Positions 1-10,294 of a stretch of DNA of 64,000 bases are shown in pieces (the first letter of the stretch is position 1; each line of letters begins with the position of its first letter). Under the pieces are notes generated by a model. The model saw only the letters and a list, made by a program, of their open reading frames with translations. It had not been told where the DNA came from and searched no databases. The position numbers and the translations under genes are program-made. The DNA comes from Rhizophagus irregularis (lineage: Eukaryota): contig NC_089435.1 of the NCBI RefSeq assembly GCF_026210795.1, positions 2,418,001 to 2,482,000 of the forward strand, given 5' to 3'.

Positions 1-47
1 CAGGAAAAGAAAATAAAAACGCAGATGCCTTATCAAGAATAATATAA
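1..47 (+). CDS. C-terminus of retrotransposon Pol (RT-RNase H), partial
   Basis: The frame starting at 3 reads GKENKNADALSRII-stop (TAA 45-47). G-x-x-N-x-x-ADALSR is the canonical end of Ty3/Gypsy RNase H. Confidence 0.85.
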   Translation, partial: GKENKNADALSRII

Positions 48-83
48 ATAGATGGGTAAAAGAGTTACTTTTCAAAAATAAAA

Positions 84-323
84 ATGGAACAAGTGGTAAG
101 AAATACAAATCATAAAATAAAGGATATAATCGAAAATTTAGAAGGTATAACAAAGGAATTAAACAGGATAAATTATAACTATAAATTCAAAGCCAAAAAT
201 TTTGAAGATAGTGAAGAAAGACCATTAATATTGGAAACTCAAGGGGAAATATTACAAATAGAGGTGATATTAAGTAAAGTAAACAAGCTAAAATTATCAG
301 AATTATGTAAAAATGGGACCTAA
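84..323 (+). CDS. Small 79-aa ORF between RNase H and the kinase-integrase ORF, function unknown
   Basis: ORF track. Same frame as RNase H but separated from it by two stops (45-47, 57-59); overlaps the next ATG by 11 nt; looks helical/coiled-coil. Confidence 0.35.
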   Translation: MEQVVRNTNHKIKDIIENLEGITKELNRINYNYKFKAKNFEDSEERPLILETQGEILQIEVILSKVNKLKLSELCKNGT

Positions 324-2094
324 AATAATAATCATATGTGGAGTTGATGGTACTGGAAAAACATTCATTGTAAATAAACTTATAAAAGAATTTGAAAAAG
401 TAGGACAAAGTGTGAGGTTTAACACCTTTAAAAGGAAAAGAGAGGACAATGATAAGTATAAATTACCAAAGAAAGGTATAGAATGGGAATTCAGGAAGGA
501 AGTTGTTGAACAAATCAACAGGAGAATGGAAGAACATGATAATGAGGATTGGTTAATATTAGATAAAAGTCCCTATAGTGAGTACTTTTATCAACAAACA
601 CCATCATTCGACAGAGGATACATAACAAGATATGAGAACCACCTATTAGAAAAGGAAGTATTTAGGAACAAAAGGATAATTGATGAATCAATAGTGATAT
701 TTTTAGAAAATGAAAAATGTTGGGAAAATTACAAAGGTAGAGAATATTCGAAAAAGGATCAAGGACATAAAACATCATATCCATTATTAGATGAAGAAAG
801 ATATATGGAGATGGTGAAATCATTTAAAGAATGTCAAGATATTTACAAAGGAGAAAAATATGCTAATATTAAAATATCAAATAATGACACAGATTGGGAA
901 AGAGTATATAATAAAATAATAGAATTAGATGGAGATAAACCACCAATAGAGGTTAAAAATGTTGAGATTAAGGATAACATCAGGGTAACTGATGGTAAAA
1001 AGCATATTGAGAAAAATGGTAAAAACATCAGAATAATAGAAGATTTTGAAAAGATGGGAGCACTATATTTAGCTCACAGTCATGAATTATCGGCACATAT
1101 GGGAATCAAAAGTACTTATGATAATTTAAAAGATAAATATTATTGGGAAAATATGCTGAATGACGTTGAAAGATATGTAAGGACATGTGATGAATGTCAA
1201 AGAAGAGGAAAACCACAAGGGAAAAATGAATTACACCCAATTAAAGTAGTAGAACCATGGTATCAAATCGGGATTGACTTTGTTGGACCATTGAACACAA
1301 CAACAAATGGTAATAAATACATCATAGTTGCAATGGATTATTTTACAAAATGGCCAGAAGCCAAAGCAGTAAAAGAAGCAACTGCCAAAGAAGTATCAAA
1401 ATTTATTTATGAAGACATCATTTGTAGACATGGATGTCCAATGAAAATATTGAGTGATAGAGGAAGTCATTTCAATAATGAAATGATTAAGGAATTAATG
1501 GAAAAATTTAAAATTAAATGGAATTTTTCTACAAGTTATCATCCAGAGACAAACGGACTTGTTGAAAGATTCAACCGAACATTAGGTCAAGCATTAGCAA
1601 AATTATCAACCAAAGATGATTGGGATCAAAGGATAGCACCCATATTATTTGCTTACCGAAATAAAAAGCATAGTTCAACGAGAATTCGACCATTTTATTT
1701 AACATACGGAAGAAATGTACGGACAATAATGGATGAAAATATCAAAGAAATTAACCTAAACGATAGAATAGTTGGATTATTAGAAGAACTACCAAAAATC
1801 CGACATGAAGCCAAAGAACAAATACTGAAATCTCAAACAAAACAAAAAGAGTATCATGACAGAAAAATAAGCAAAGAACACACCTTTGGAATTGGAGATA
1901 AAATACTACTCTATGATAAAGCCAAAGCACAACAACTATCGGGAAAATTAGAATCAAAATGGTTGGGACCATTTTACATTCATGAAATACTACCGAATGG
2001 AGCTTATAGAATTAAAAATATTAAAGGTGTCATCAAGAAGATACCTGTAAATGGAGAATTATTAAAGACTTACCATACACCGATGAGTAAATGA
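313..2094 (+). CDS. Fusion protein: thymidylate/deoxynucleoside-monophosphate-kinase-like P-loop domain + Ty3/Gypsy integrase
   Basis: N-terminal IIIICGVDGTGKT (Walker A) and WLILDKSPYSEYFYQ (resembles the TMPK DR-x-x-x-S-x-x-x-YQ motif). C-terminal HHCC zinc finger (AHSHELSAH...CDEC), DDE core (IGIDFVG, ILSDRGSHF, NGLVERFNRTL) and KWLGPF (GPY/F). No chromodomain. Confidence 0.9.
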   Translation: MGPKIIIICGVDGTGKTFIVNKLIKEFEKVGQSVRFNTFKRKREDNDKYKLPKKGIEWEFRKEVVEQINRRMEEHDNEDWLILDKSPYSEYFYQQTPSFDRGYITRYENHLLEKEVFRNKRIIDESIVIFLENEKCWENYKGREYSKKDQGHKTSYPLLDEERYMEMVKSFKECQDIYKGEKYANIKISNNDTDWERVYNKIIELDGDKPPIEVKNVEIKDNIRVTDGKKHIEKNGKNIRIIEDFEKMGALYLAHSHELSAHMGIKSTYDNLKDKYYWENMLNDVERYVRTCDECQRRGKPQGKNELHPIKVVEPWYQIGIDFVGPLNTTTNGNKYIIVAMDYFTKWPEAKAVKEATAKEVSKFIYEDIICRHGCPMKILSDRGSHFNNEMIKELMEKFKIKWNFSTSYHPETNGLVERFNRTLGQALAKLSTKDDWDQRIAPILFAYRNKKHSSTRIRPFYLTYGRNVRTIMDENIKEINLNDRIVGLLEELPKIRHEAKEQILKSQTKQKEYHDRKISKEHTFGIGDKILLYDKAKAQQLSGKLESKWLGPFYIHEILPNGAYRIKNIKGVIKKIPVNGELLKTYHTPMSK

Positions 2095-2326
2095 TAACTA
2101 TCATCAATGGACTTAGAAAAATAAAGATAATTTATAATCATGTGAAATAAAATCACATGACATAAAAAGAATTTTCGAAAATAGGAAAAACTAATGAAAA
2201 TTTCCTAAGAAAGACCGAAGTGAAATCCGGTACAGGAAAACCGTAGACTTAACAAACACATGATAAACCGCAGATGTAGACGCAGCAAAAAGGAATATTT
2301 AAAACGCAACTGAGTCAAGTGACAAT

Positions 2327-2397
2327 GCATGTTTGATTTAGTGGTATAATTCGCACCTACCACTTCGAGACACGAGTTCGATTCTTAGAATAAATTT
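2327..2397 (+). ncRNA. Degenerate tRNA-Gly-like sequence (Pol III box A and box B) in the retrotransposon 3' UTR
   Basis: GCATGTTTGATTTAGTGGTATAATTCGCACCTACCACTTCGAGACACGAGTTCGATTCTTAG contains box A TGATTTAGTGG, an anticodon-loop-like CT-ACC-AC and box B GAGTTCGATTC. The stems are imperfect. Confidence 0.6.
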
Positions 2398-2419
2398 AAT
2401 GTGGGCATTAAATTTTTAT

Positions 2420-2431
2420 GTGGGGGATAGT
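2420..2431 (+). other. Polypurine tract (PPT)
   Basis: GTGGGGGATAGT lies immediately before the LTR's TGTAA. Confidence 0.75.
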
Positions 2432-3052
2432 TGTAATGCCGTAGTATACCTAGTAAATTTATTAATTGTGAGGCGCAGTATTACATTTAGTCTTAGTGTA
2501 TAAAATTTTAACTTATTTTTATTTTTATTTTAATTGGACCGAGAAGTCGTTAAACTAATAATCACATGGATCAAGGTAATTGGTCCGTGATGACCTTAAA
2601 CTATTAGTCACGAGATTTAAGGATAAATGAAGATCCGAAAGATACTAAATTGAATGAAATCAAGTGATCTGAGGTGTCAAGTGATTAATTTGTTGATCAC
2701 TACGTTAATATTATAAATCATAATTCAGGAGTTCATGATGATCAAATGGATACAAAATTAAGATAATGGAAATACTTTAAAACAATGGAAATACTTTAAT
2801 AATTTAAATCCATGAATCGAAATTATGAATTTAGTTACACAAAAACAAACATAAAAGGGCGTGAAGATCACCTTTTGGAAAGGACAGAGAGAGAGAGAGA
2901 AAATTGGACGAATTTTGTTATGAATTATTTATTTTATTATTTAATGTTATTAAACCAAGCATATTATTGTATTTATTTATATTATTAATAAAGAGTCATT
3001 TTGTTAATACCTGAGGTGGCAAACATAATTTTCTATGGGCTCAGGTGTTACA
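2432..3052 (+). repeat. 3' LTR (621 bp)
   Basis: Begins TGTAATGCC and ends GGTGTTACA (imperfect inverted termini). Contains a TATA-like CATAAAAG at ~2850 and AATAAA at ~2987. Confidence 0.8.
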
Positions 3053-3443
3053 ATGGCAAATTGACGAAGAACTCAAACGAATCAATGATGTATTAGGAGT
3101 AAAAGTAGGAACCAAAAAGGAATTTGCATGTGCGGATCGATACTGGATTCCATGTTATTTCCATATTCAGAGTTTTACAATTTACAAATAAAATTTTTAC
3201 AGGGTTAAAACATTATAATATCGGGCAATATCGGGCCGATAATGTTACTATATTTTTTGTTTTTTGTGATCTCACAACATACGTGTTTTTACTAAAATTG
3301 GAAATTCCGATGATTATTATATTTCGGACTATATTTTTTCCGATGCATTACGTTATTAAATTGTAAAGATTATAATCTCCAATTGAAAGAGATTAAGAAT
3401 TTTTCGAAGACCTTTTTTCAAAATTAATTAATATACATACAAT

Positions 3444-4009
3444 TAGTGCTCCGCACGAGCCAGTCCAGCTCGAGCCGGCTCGCGAGCTAGGTATATCGAG
3501 CTGAGCTGAGCCGCGGCTCGTAATAAATTTGGCTCGGCTCATTCAAGCCGAGCTTTGATACAGCTCATTCGAGCTGGCTCGCGAGTTATGAGCTGGCTCG
3601 CGAGCTCCAGAACTTTTTTCTTTATTATTGCCGGCGTCACGTGATTTTTAATTTTGGCCGGAATTAAGTGATCGACATAGAAATTTCCTTTTTTGGAATC
3701 CTGTGCAACGTATTTCCCCATTTTTGATAAGAAATAAAATTGCCTTTTTTGGATTGTGTAACGTTACTCAGGTGTTCAAAAAAGGAAATTTCCGTGTCGA
3801 TTACTTAATTCCGGCCAAAATTAAAAAAATTACGAGAAATATGCAGAATTTGATAAAAGCTTGGCTCGGCTCGAGCCAAGCCACCTTAAAACTCGGCTCG
3901 GCTCGGCTCGAGGTTGGCTCGACATGAGCCAAGCTCGAAAATTCTAATCGAGCCGAGCCGGCTCGAATTTTGGCTCAGCTCGGCTCGAGCCGGCTCGTGC
4001 GGAGCTTTA
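3444..4009. mobile_element. hAT-type MITE (566 bp)
   Basis: TIRs TAGTGCTCCGCACGAGCC / GGCTCGTGCGGAGCTTTA. Perfect 8-bp TSD CATACAAT at 3436-3443 and 4010-4017. Many subterminal GAGCC/GGCTC motifs. Confidence 0.9.
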
Positions 4010-4532
4010 CATACAATAATTAGAATTATATGGTAGCGAATAGACCAGTATAAATTTATTATGTAATCCTGATGGTCATTTTATTAAAGTATTTCTCAAT
4101 TTTACCTAGTAATCTTAGATATGTTAGAATTGGTTTGAAAGATCAATATCTTGACAATCTTGAATTACTTTTAATCAATTCTAAATTATTGGAAGGATTA
4201 TTTACTGAATACATTAATTAGAGTTGCTCTGAAAGCTTTATATAAAAGATTGTCGTTGTATTTGTATTTTGGGATTATAAATGATAGTGTTTTAATTTAA
4301 ATAATATAAATGAAATGAAAATTGGGATTAAAAAATATATAAATTAAGGTATAATTAAAAAAAAAATTCAAAATCGTAACTTTAATGAAGGTTATTAATT
4401 ATTTTTAATTTATTGTAACTTTTAACACTTAAATAGATGTTAACCCTTCATTTATGAATTATTTTTTTAAGTATATGATAACCAGAAAATTTATAAAAAA
4501 ATTTTTTTTTATTATTTATGTATTTTTGATTA

Positions 4533-4716
4533 CAGTCAAACCTTTATATAACGATATGTCGGGACATATATGAAATTTTTAGAAAATATCGTTATATCAA
4601 AGTTATACCGATATTTATATGTCCTCACATATAGTGGGAAAATAAAATTTTATCGGTATATCAAGTTTTTAATAGTATATCGGTATATCGAATATCGGTA
4701 TATCGAGGTTAGACTG
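4533..4716. mobile_element. Tc1/mariner (pogo-like) MITE (184 bp)
   Basis: TIRs CAGTCAAACCTTTATATAACGATA / TATCGGTATATCGAGGTTAGACTG, flanked by TA on both sides. Confidence 0.85.
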
Positions 4717-5899
4717 TATAAAGGATTTTTTATGAATTTACAATAATTTTTACTGGAAATTACTATTGAACGTAATTATCATATTTTTAAGAAATAACCA
4801 AAAATTCAAAAGCAAAATATCCAATTACAGTATATCAGTTATACGCCTAAATATTCAATTTACACTCACAGAGAAAAAAATGCTTATAATATTAAAACTT
4901 TAAACTAGCCAGTACTTTATCACCAGTACCCACGCCACGTTATACTAGGAAGGTATGATGGTAGAGGAATTGGTATGAAAATTTAATATGAAAATATTAA
5001 TTTGTGGATCGGCAATTTACGTTAGAGGTAGTGCATTGTTTGATCGTAGGTCTAATGCAGATTGTTAGGCAAACGTATACAATTGGTCAATTTATTGAAA
5101 AAAAAGTGGCTTCACAATTATCACAAGAAAATGATAATCAAAAGAGAAATCCATCACACTATTTTACCAATTTTTTTTAAAATCAGCCCAATGAAATCAA
5201 TTTCCAGATGACATAAATTATTTCAGATAATGATATCTTATTACTTCCTTATAGAGATATATGAAAATTTTATTTCATGTAGCACCGGATGATATGCTTG
5301 ATAGTTTGTGTTTATATGAAAAATAATGACATCATTGTAGATCTTGAAATTAGCGATAATCATTGTTAAGATAAAAAATTTCAAATAAATATTTTTTGTC
5401 AAAGTTTTATCATCCATAGTAAATAATATTTAATTTATAAGACCTTATACAATTCCTATTTTACAAGTTGAATTCTAGAAAATTTGACGAGAATAGACAA
5501 AAATTTGACAAAAGTTCTCGGTTGTACAGCATATTTCTCAAGAAAAATCATGAAAGATTTTTTTTTTTAAATAAAAAATATCATACGTATACTTTACATG
5601 ATACTTGTCTTGTTCTAATGATTTTACAAATCATTTATTTCGTATATGAACAAGTAACTATGACCTCGAAATTATTCGATTGAATTATAACTGCCGTGCT
5701 TTAATAGAGAAAAGAATTTTATAATCCGAAACCATTAGCATGAATGATAAGAGGACATAAAAGAACGTAATAAATACACAGTATAAACAAGAAAATAATA
5801 TGGCAAATACACTACCCAGGTAAACCAAATTTTTATTAATTATTCAAAAATGTACTGTACTTCCTGTATATAATAATCAGAGTCGAAATTTTGAGTTGT

Positions 5900-6400
5900 T
5901 AGTCAATAATTAATGATTCCAAAGATTAAGAGGAGCTCAATGATCATTTATTGGGCATAATTAATCCAGAATTTACTCCAGATTATTTGGTTATAAAATT
6001 GAAATTAAATGATATGAGATAAAATACCAATATAAAAAAAAGGCTTCTAATTAACTATCACAGATTTCATAAAATTTTTTAGACGTATGAGATCCACAAA
6101 ATCACAATTTGAATTGTATTCATTTCCTGCCTCATCTGTAATTCCTAATCTATTGATCCATTTTGAGCATTGTTAAGATGTGATGATTTCGGTATTAAAA
6201 TTAATTTTTTAGTAGTCATACGAGCATTTAATTTGAATCGTTGTTATCGAGATTCAAAAAATATTTTAATAGGTTTTTATAATACATTTGGTAAAGTTTT
6301 TACAAGATAACACTTTGAAAAATTTTCAAAATTAAATTATAAATTAAATTATAGAATTTAATAAATGGAATACAATGTTGTAAACTAGATCCTATCCGCC
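5900..6400 (-). pseudogene. Degenerate BACK-TLDc gene fragment, paralogue of the 7228-8731 gene
   Basis: Colinear nucleotide similarity to ~7450-7990 (e.g. TATCACAGATTTCATAAAATTTTT, GATCCATTTTGAG, CAATGTTGTAAACTA) with many indels. Confidence 0.7.
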
Positions 6401-7227
6401 TAAAAATATTGGATACGTTATCGGATTTGGGATCGGAACACTTAATATTTCTTTTACGAAGTATAATGCCATTGGAAACGTAATCAATAAAATGGTCTAA
6501 AAATTATCGGTAACTTGCACATGATAAATTTCAGATTCGATTGAAATTATTACATTTATTATATTTAAAATCACGGGATAAGTTATTTTAGATTTCCTTA
6601 AATTGTTATTGTTTCTATTTCTGGATAATACCATGAACCTGGATATTATTCACAATCCATCGTCACACGCAGTAATGGCACTAATTATAATGGTTTTATT
6701 TCAAAAGTTTGTAATTCAATATAAAGAGAAGAATAATTACAAAATGCAGTAATTTTTATATCTGTACTAATTTATAAGCACTAAGGTAATGGATATCAAT
6801 AAATGTCCTACAGTATATACTGATAAGATTCATAGGTCTAGTATAAGCTTAAAAAATTAATTTAATCATTACAACTTTTTTTCCATAAGAATTTTTTTTT
6901 TTAAGTCATTATAATTATACTTCGCCATAGTGTATTTGAAATTTTGTATTTATAAACTAATAACCTTCCTATCACTGATAATAAAAAGGGATCTTAAATT
7001 AAACAACGGTTCCAAAGATCGTCCGTGACTTTTTATTGATAATTTTTACAGATAATATTTACTTAAATGAGTAGATAAAAAGTCTATTAAAAGTTAGAAT
7101 CATATACAATAGTTTCCGTTATACAAACTAGATTCCGTGTGATATTACTGATCTTAAGGTGCATTTAAAAAAATAAAAATAAAATAAAATACTTTAAAAT
7201 AACCAAAATCGACAACTGCAAATATAT

Positions 7228-8731
7228 TTATTCTATAATTTGAAATATTTCATATTCTTCCACAGAAAATAAACCAGAAAGTTTAGTAGATTCTCTAATT
7301 TTTTTTTCGTAAGCCACCTTACAGCATTTACCACCGTATCCATAAAGAACAAGATCGATACCAAATGATGGACCAAAGCCATAATTATTATACGTAGCAT
7401 GTCCTTCATTTTCCACGCGACTTAAAATATAATTTTGCAAGTCGTCCCTATTCTTAAAAGAGAATATAAAACTATCTTTAGTAGTGGCATAAGAACCATC
7501 AGATTTCCATTCAATTGGATTATATCCACCAAAAATTTCTTCACTATGTTTCACTTTAATTATTGTCACAGTGCGAGATTGATTATCACAGATTTCATAA
7601 AATTTTTTAGTTGCAAATCCATCCCGAGTTCCACGAAGTAACAATTTGAAGTTGTACGTATTTTTTATCTCATCCGAATTTTCTAATCTATCGATCCATT
7701 TTGAGATTAATTCAGTATGTTGAATTGTAATGATATTAGAATCAATATTAATTTTCTAGTAGTAATACGAGGTTTTGATTTTTTACTTGATTGGATACTG
7801 GGCTTCAAAAAATATTTTAATAAATCTTTATATAACTCTTTTGGTAAAATTTTTTTATAGGGTAACACTTTGTCTGAAAATTCTTTAGAAGTTAAATTAT
7901 AGAATCTAATATGTGGAACGCAATGTTGTAAACTATTTTTCAAAGCATTAAAATCTTCTTTTGAAAAGTTTGTAGGATCAGAAGGAAGTTCTGGATTTTG
8001 TGCAAGTCCCCATCCAAGTACATCTTCCCATATTTGAATTTCATTCATTTGAAGAATATCACTTTGAATAAGTGAAACTAAAAGTTTTTCCGAAATTGAA
8101 GAAAAATTTGGAGATTTAAATATCTTAACTGGTTCTTTCGACGTTAAATCAGTACAAAATTTTTGAAGTTCCAAGAAAGAATCGTTCTCAAAACTTGTTT
8201 TATATATCAAATCAAAATTTTGTTCCATCCAATTTGCCTTATTTTCAACCAAAAAGGATTGTAAATAAGTGATTAATTCTTGGAGACCAAGTTCACTTCC
8301 AGCAACTAAGATTTTAATTATATCCGAAGTATCATATTCCTCTGAAGAAATTTTTCCACCATAAATATATCTAAAATAAAAAGTGTAAATTTTTTAAATT
8401 TTTTTTTTAAAAAAATACTTTATTATATAAAATCATTTTTGTAATTAAAATTCAATTATTTTCTTAATTCTTACCTTAATATTATTTGAAAAATTTTAGG
8501 TAAAATATTTGGTAATTTTATATGTACCAAAGTTCCATCATGTTTCTTTTTATTGGTTGACAAAATTCTTCTTAAACAATTAGAACGATAATGTAAGATA
8601 ACCATGTGAGCACGAAATATTTTTATATAAGGGTCTCCACCAACTTCAATAGTAACATCATAATATTCTTCATCATTTAAAATATCAAGTAAATTTTGTG
8701 ACAATTTCGTTAAAAAATTATTATTATTCAT
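7228..8731 (-). CDS. BTB/POZ-BACK-TLDc domain protein, 2 exons, with one apparent frameshift
   Basis: Exon 1 is 8731-8475 (DVTIEVG...FRAHMVIL), followed by a GT-AG intron 8474-8371. Exon 2 starts at 8370 (YIYGG...). TLDc motifs LLLRGTRDGF, GGYNP, GPSFG. One base is missing in an A-run near 7752-7755 between BACK and TLDc. Confidence 0.85.
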
Positions 8732-9148
8732 GATTTAATAAAATTTAAAAAAGAAATTGAAAAGGATAAGGATTAGCAATTTTTTTGAATTGTTAGCCTT
8801 ATATAATTGCTGCTGCAACTTGTTGATCTGAAACAAACGTACAGGATAGTTTGTGTTACTCAAGGAAATACCAAAAATATATGAGTATCTCAATATAATT
8901 TTATTCTTTCCATTAAGATAAAAAATTTCAAATAAATATCTTTTGCCAAAGTTTTATCATCCATAACAAATATTATTATTCAGTCGATTATGATTTTAAT
9001 GGCCGATATTTTTATGAACATCCAATATTGAAATAGTTATTAGTAGAATTAATTTCTATTGGTCACCGCAGTATTCCTAATGACCGAACTATAACTCAGT
9101 TATTGGATAGAGGATATCAATCGTAGACCGATATCTCTTTTCCCTCAT

Positions 9149-9374
9149 CAAGACCCCGAAATATATATACAGATGTAAGGTGGCGGCCAAAAAATTTACT
9201 ATTAGAAGTACGCATTTTTTCAGGGCCGTAATTATGTTAATTTTGGTTAGAATCCAAAAAAGGTAATACCTTTCCACCAGGAATTACCTATATAAGGAAA
9301 GATTTTCATGATTTTTTGTTGCTAATTGTATGCAAACTTGGACCTAACCTTTTTATGTATATTTCGAGGTCCTC
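9149..9374. mobile_element. Degenerate MITE of the same family as 49824-50363
   Basis: CAAGACCCCGAAATATATATAC...GGTGGCG...TTTACTAT...GTACGCA matches the reverse complement of the right end of the 49824 element. Other end TATATTTCGAGGTCCTC. No TSD visible. Confidence 0.55.
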
Positions 9375-10294
9375 CAATAACTATTTAATATTTAATTGCC
9401 GATCCGCATGTGATCGATAGAATTTACAAAATGCGGCGTTATATTAATTAATAAAAAAAATGCTGTTTGAAATCTCTGTTTCCCCAAGAAACAACAACGT
9501 CAAATACATACATAACACCAAAAAAACTTGTTGTGACTAGTCAGAACTTCATTATTATGGTCATATTTATATGACTTGTTTATTATTTTTTAAGGAAAAA
9601 ATTCAAGATAACTATCGAAAAAAATTTGTACAAAAAATTACATATATAATATTGTTAACTATATTACATAAATTTTGAGAAATTTAAGTATTTGTGCAAT
9701 ATTGAATACCCTGATATTTATCTATCACATGCTTGATGTTTTATCTGTCCGTAGCAATGGAAGGACCTCTTTTTGGATATATACAAATTGGGCTGACTAA
9801 TATAGGCTTTTATCTGTTACTGGCCTCCTTTTATATTATTTTCTTATCACGTGATATAAGTATATAATGTTGTCTAAAAATATGTACCTAATATCTGTCA
9901 TAAGTCATAACCTTTATTAGTTATTATATAAGAAATAGATGCACTAATAAATTGAATATTTCAAATAATGGATAATAATAAATTTAAATCTTGTAATGTT
10001 CATTAAAGACTGTATAATTTGGATATCAAAAAAATGTAATGTTTTTTTGAATAAAAATATCAGCTAGTTTTCTAATAATTCAGGTCAATGTAGCAGCTTA
10101 TGATGATTATAATTACAACTAAAAAAGAATACTATGGCTTTATAATCACTTTGAAAATTACATCTATTTATATAGATTTATGAATTTCTTATAATAATTA
10201 ATAAATAACAATTTATTTTCTAAAATCTCATATATAGGTAAATAACTATTTATATATACAAAAACTCAATAAATTAATTTTTGCAAATTCATTT

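Larger units (their letters stand above)
1..3052 (+). mobile_element. Ty3/Gypsy (Metaviridae) LTR retrotransposon, 3' part, truncated by the window start
   Basis: RNase H C-terminal motif GKENKNADALSR at 3-38, then an integrase ORF (RH-IN order as in Ty3/Gypsy), a purine tract at 2420-2430 and a TG...CA LTR at 2432-3052. Confidence 0.92.

Noticed and set aside
2327..2397. Functional tRNA-Gly gene
   Set aside because: The acceptor and anticodon stems are disrupted and the anticodon would be ACC. Kept only as a tRNA-derived sequence.
3539..3927. ORFs 3539-3721 and 3703-3927 sharing KKGNF.VD.LIPAKIK
   Set aside because: An artefact of the internal inverted repeat in a non-coding MITE.
3053..4240. 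Possible decayed gene (F-box/LRR-like) interrupted by the LTR and the MITE
   Set aside because: Only vaguely coding-like patches; no motif I can support.
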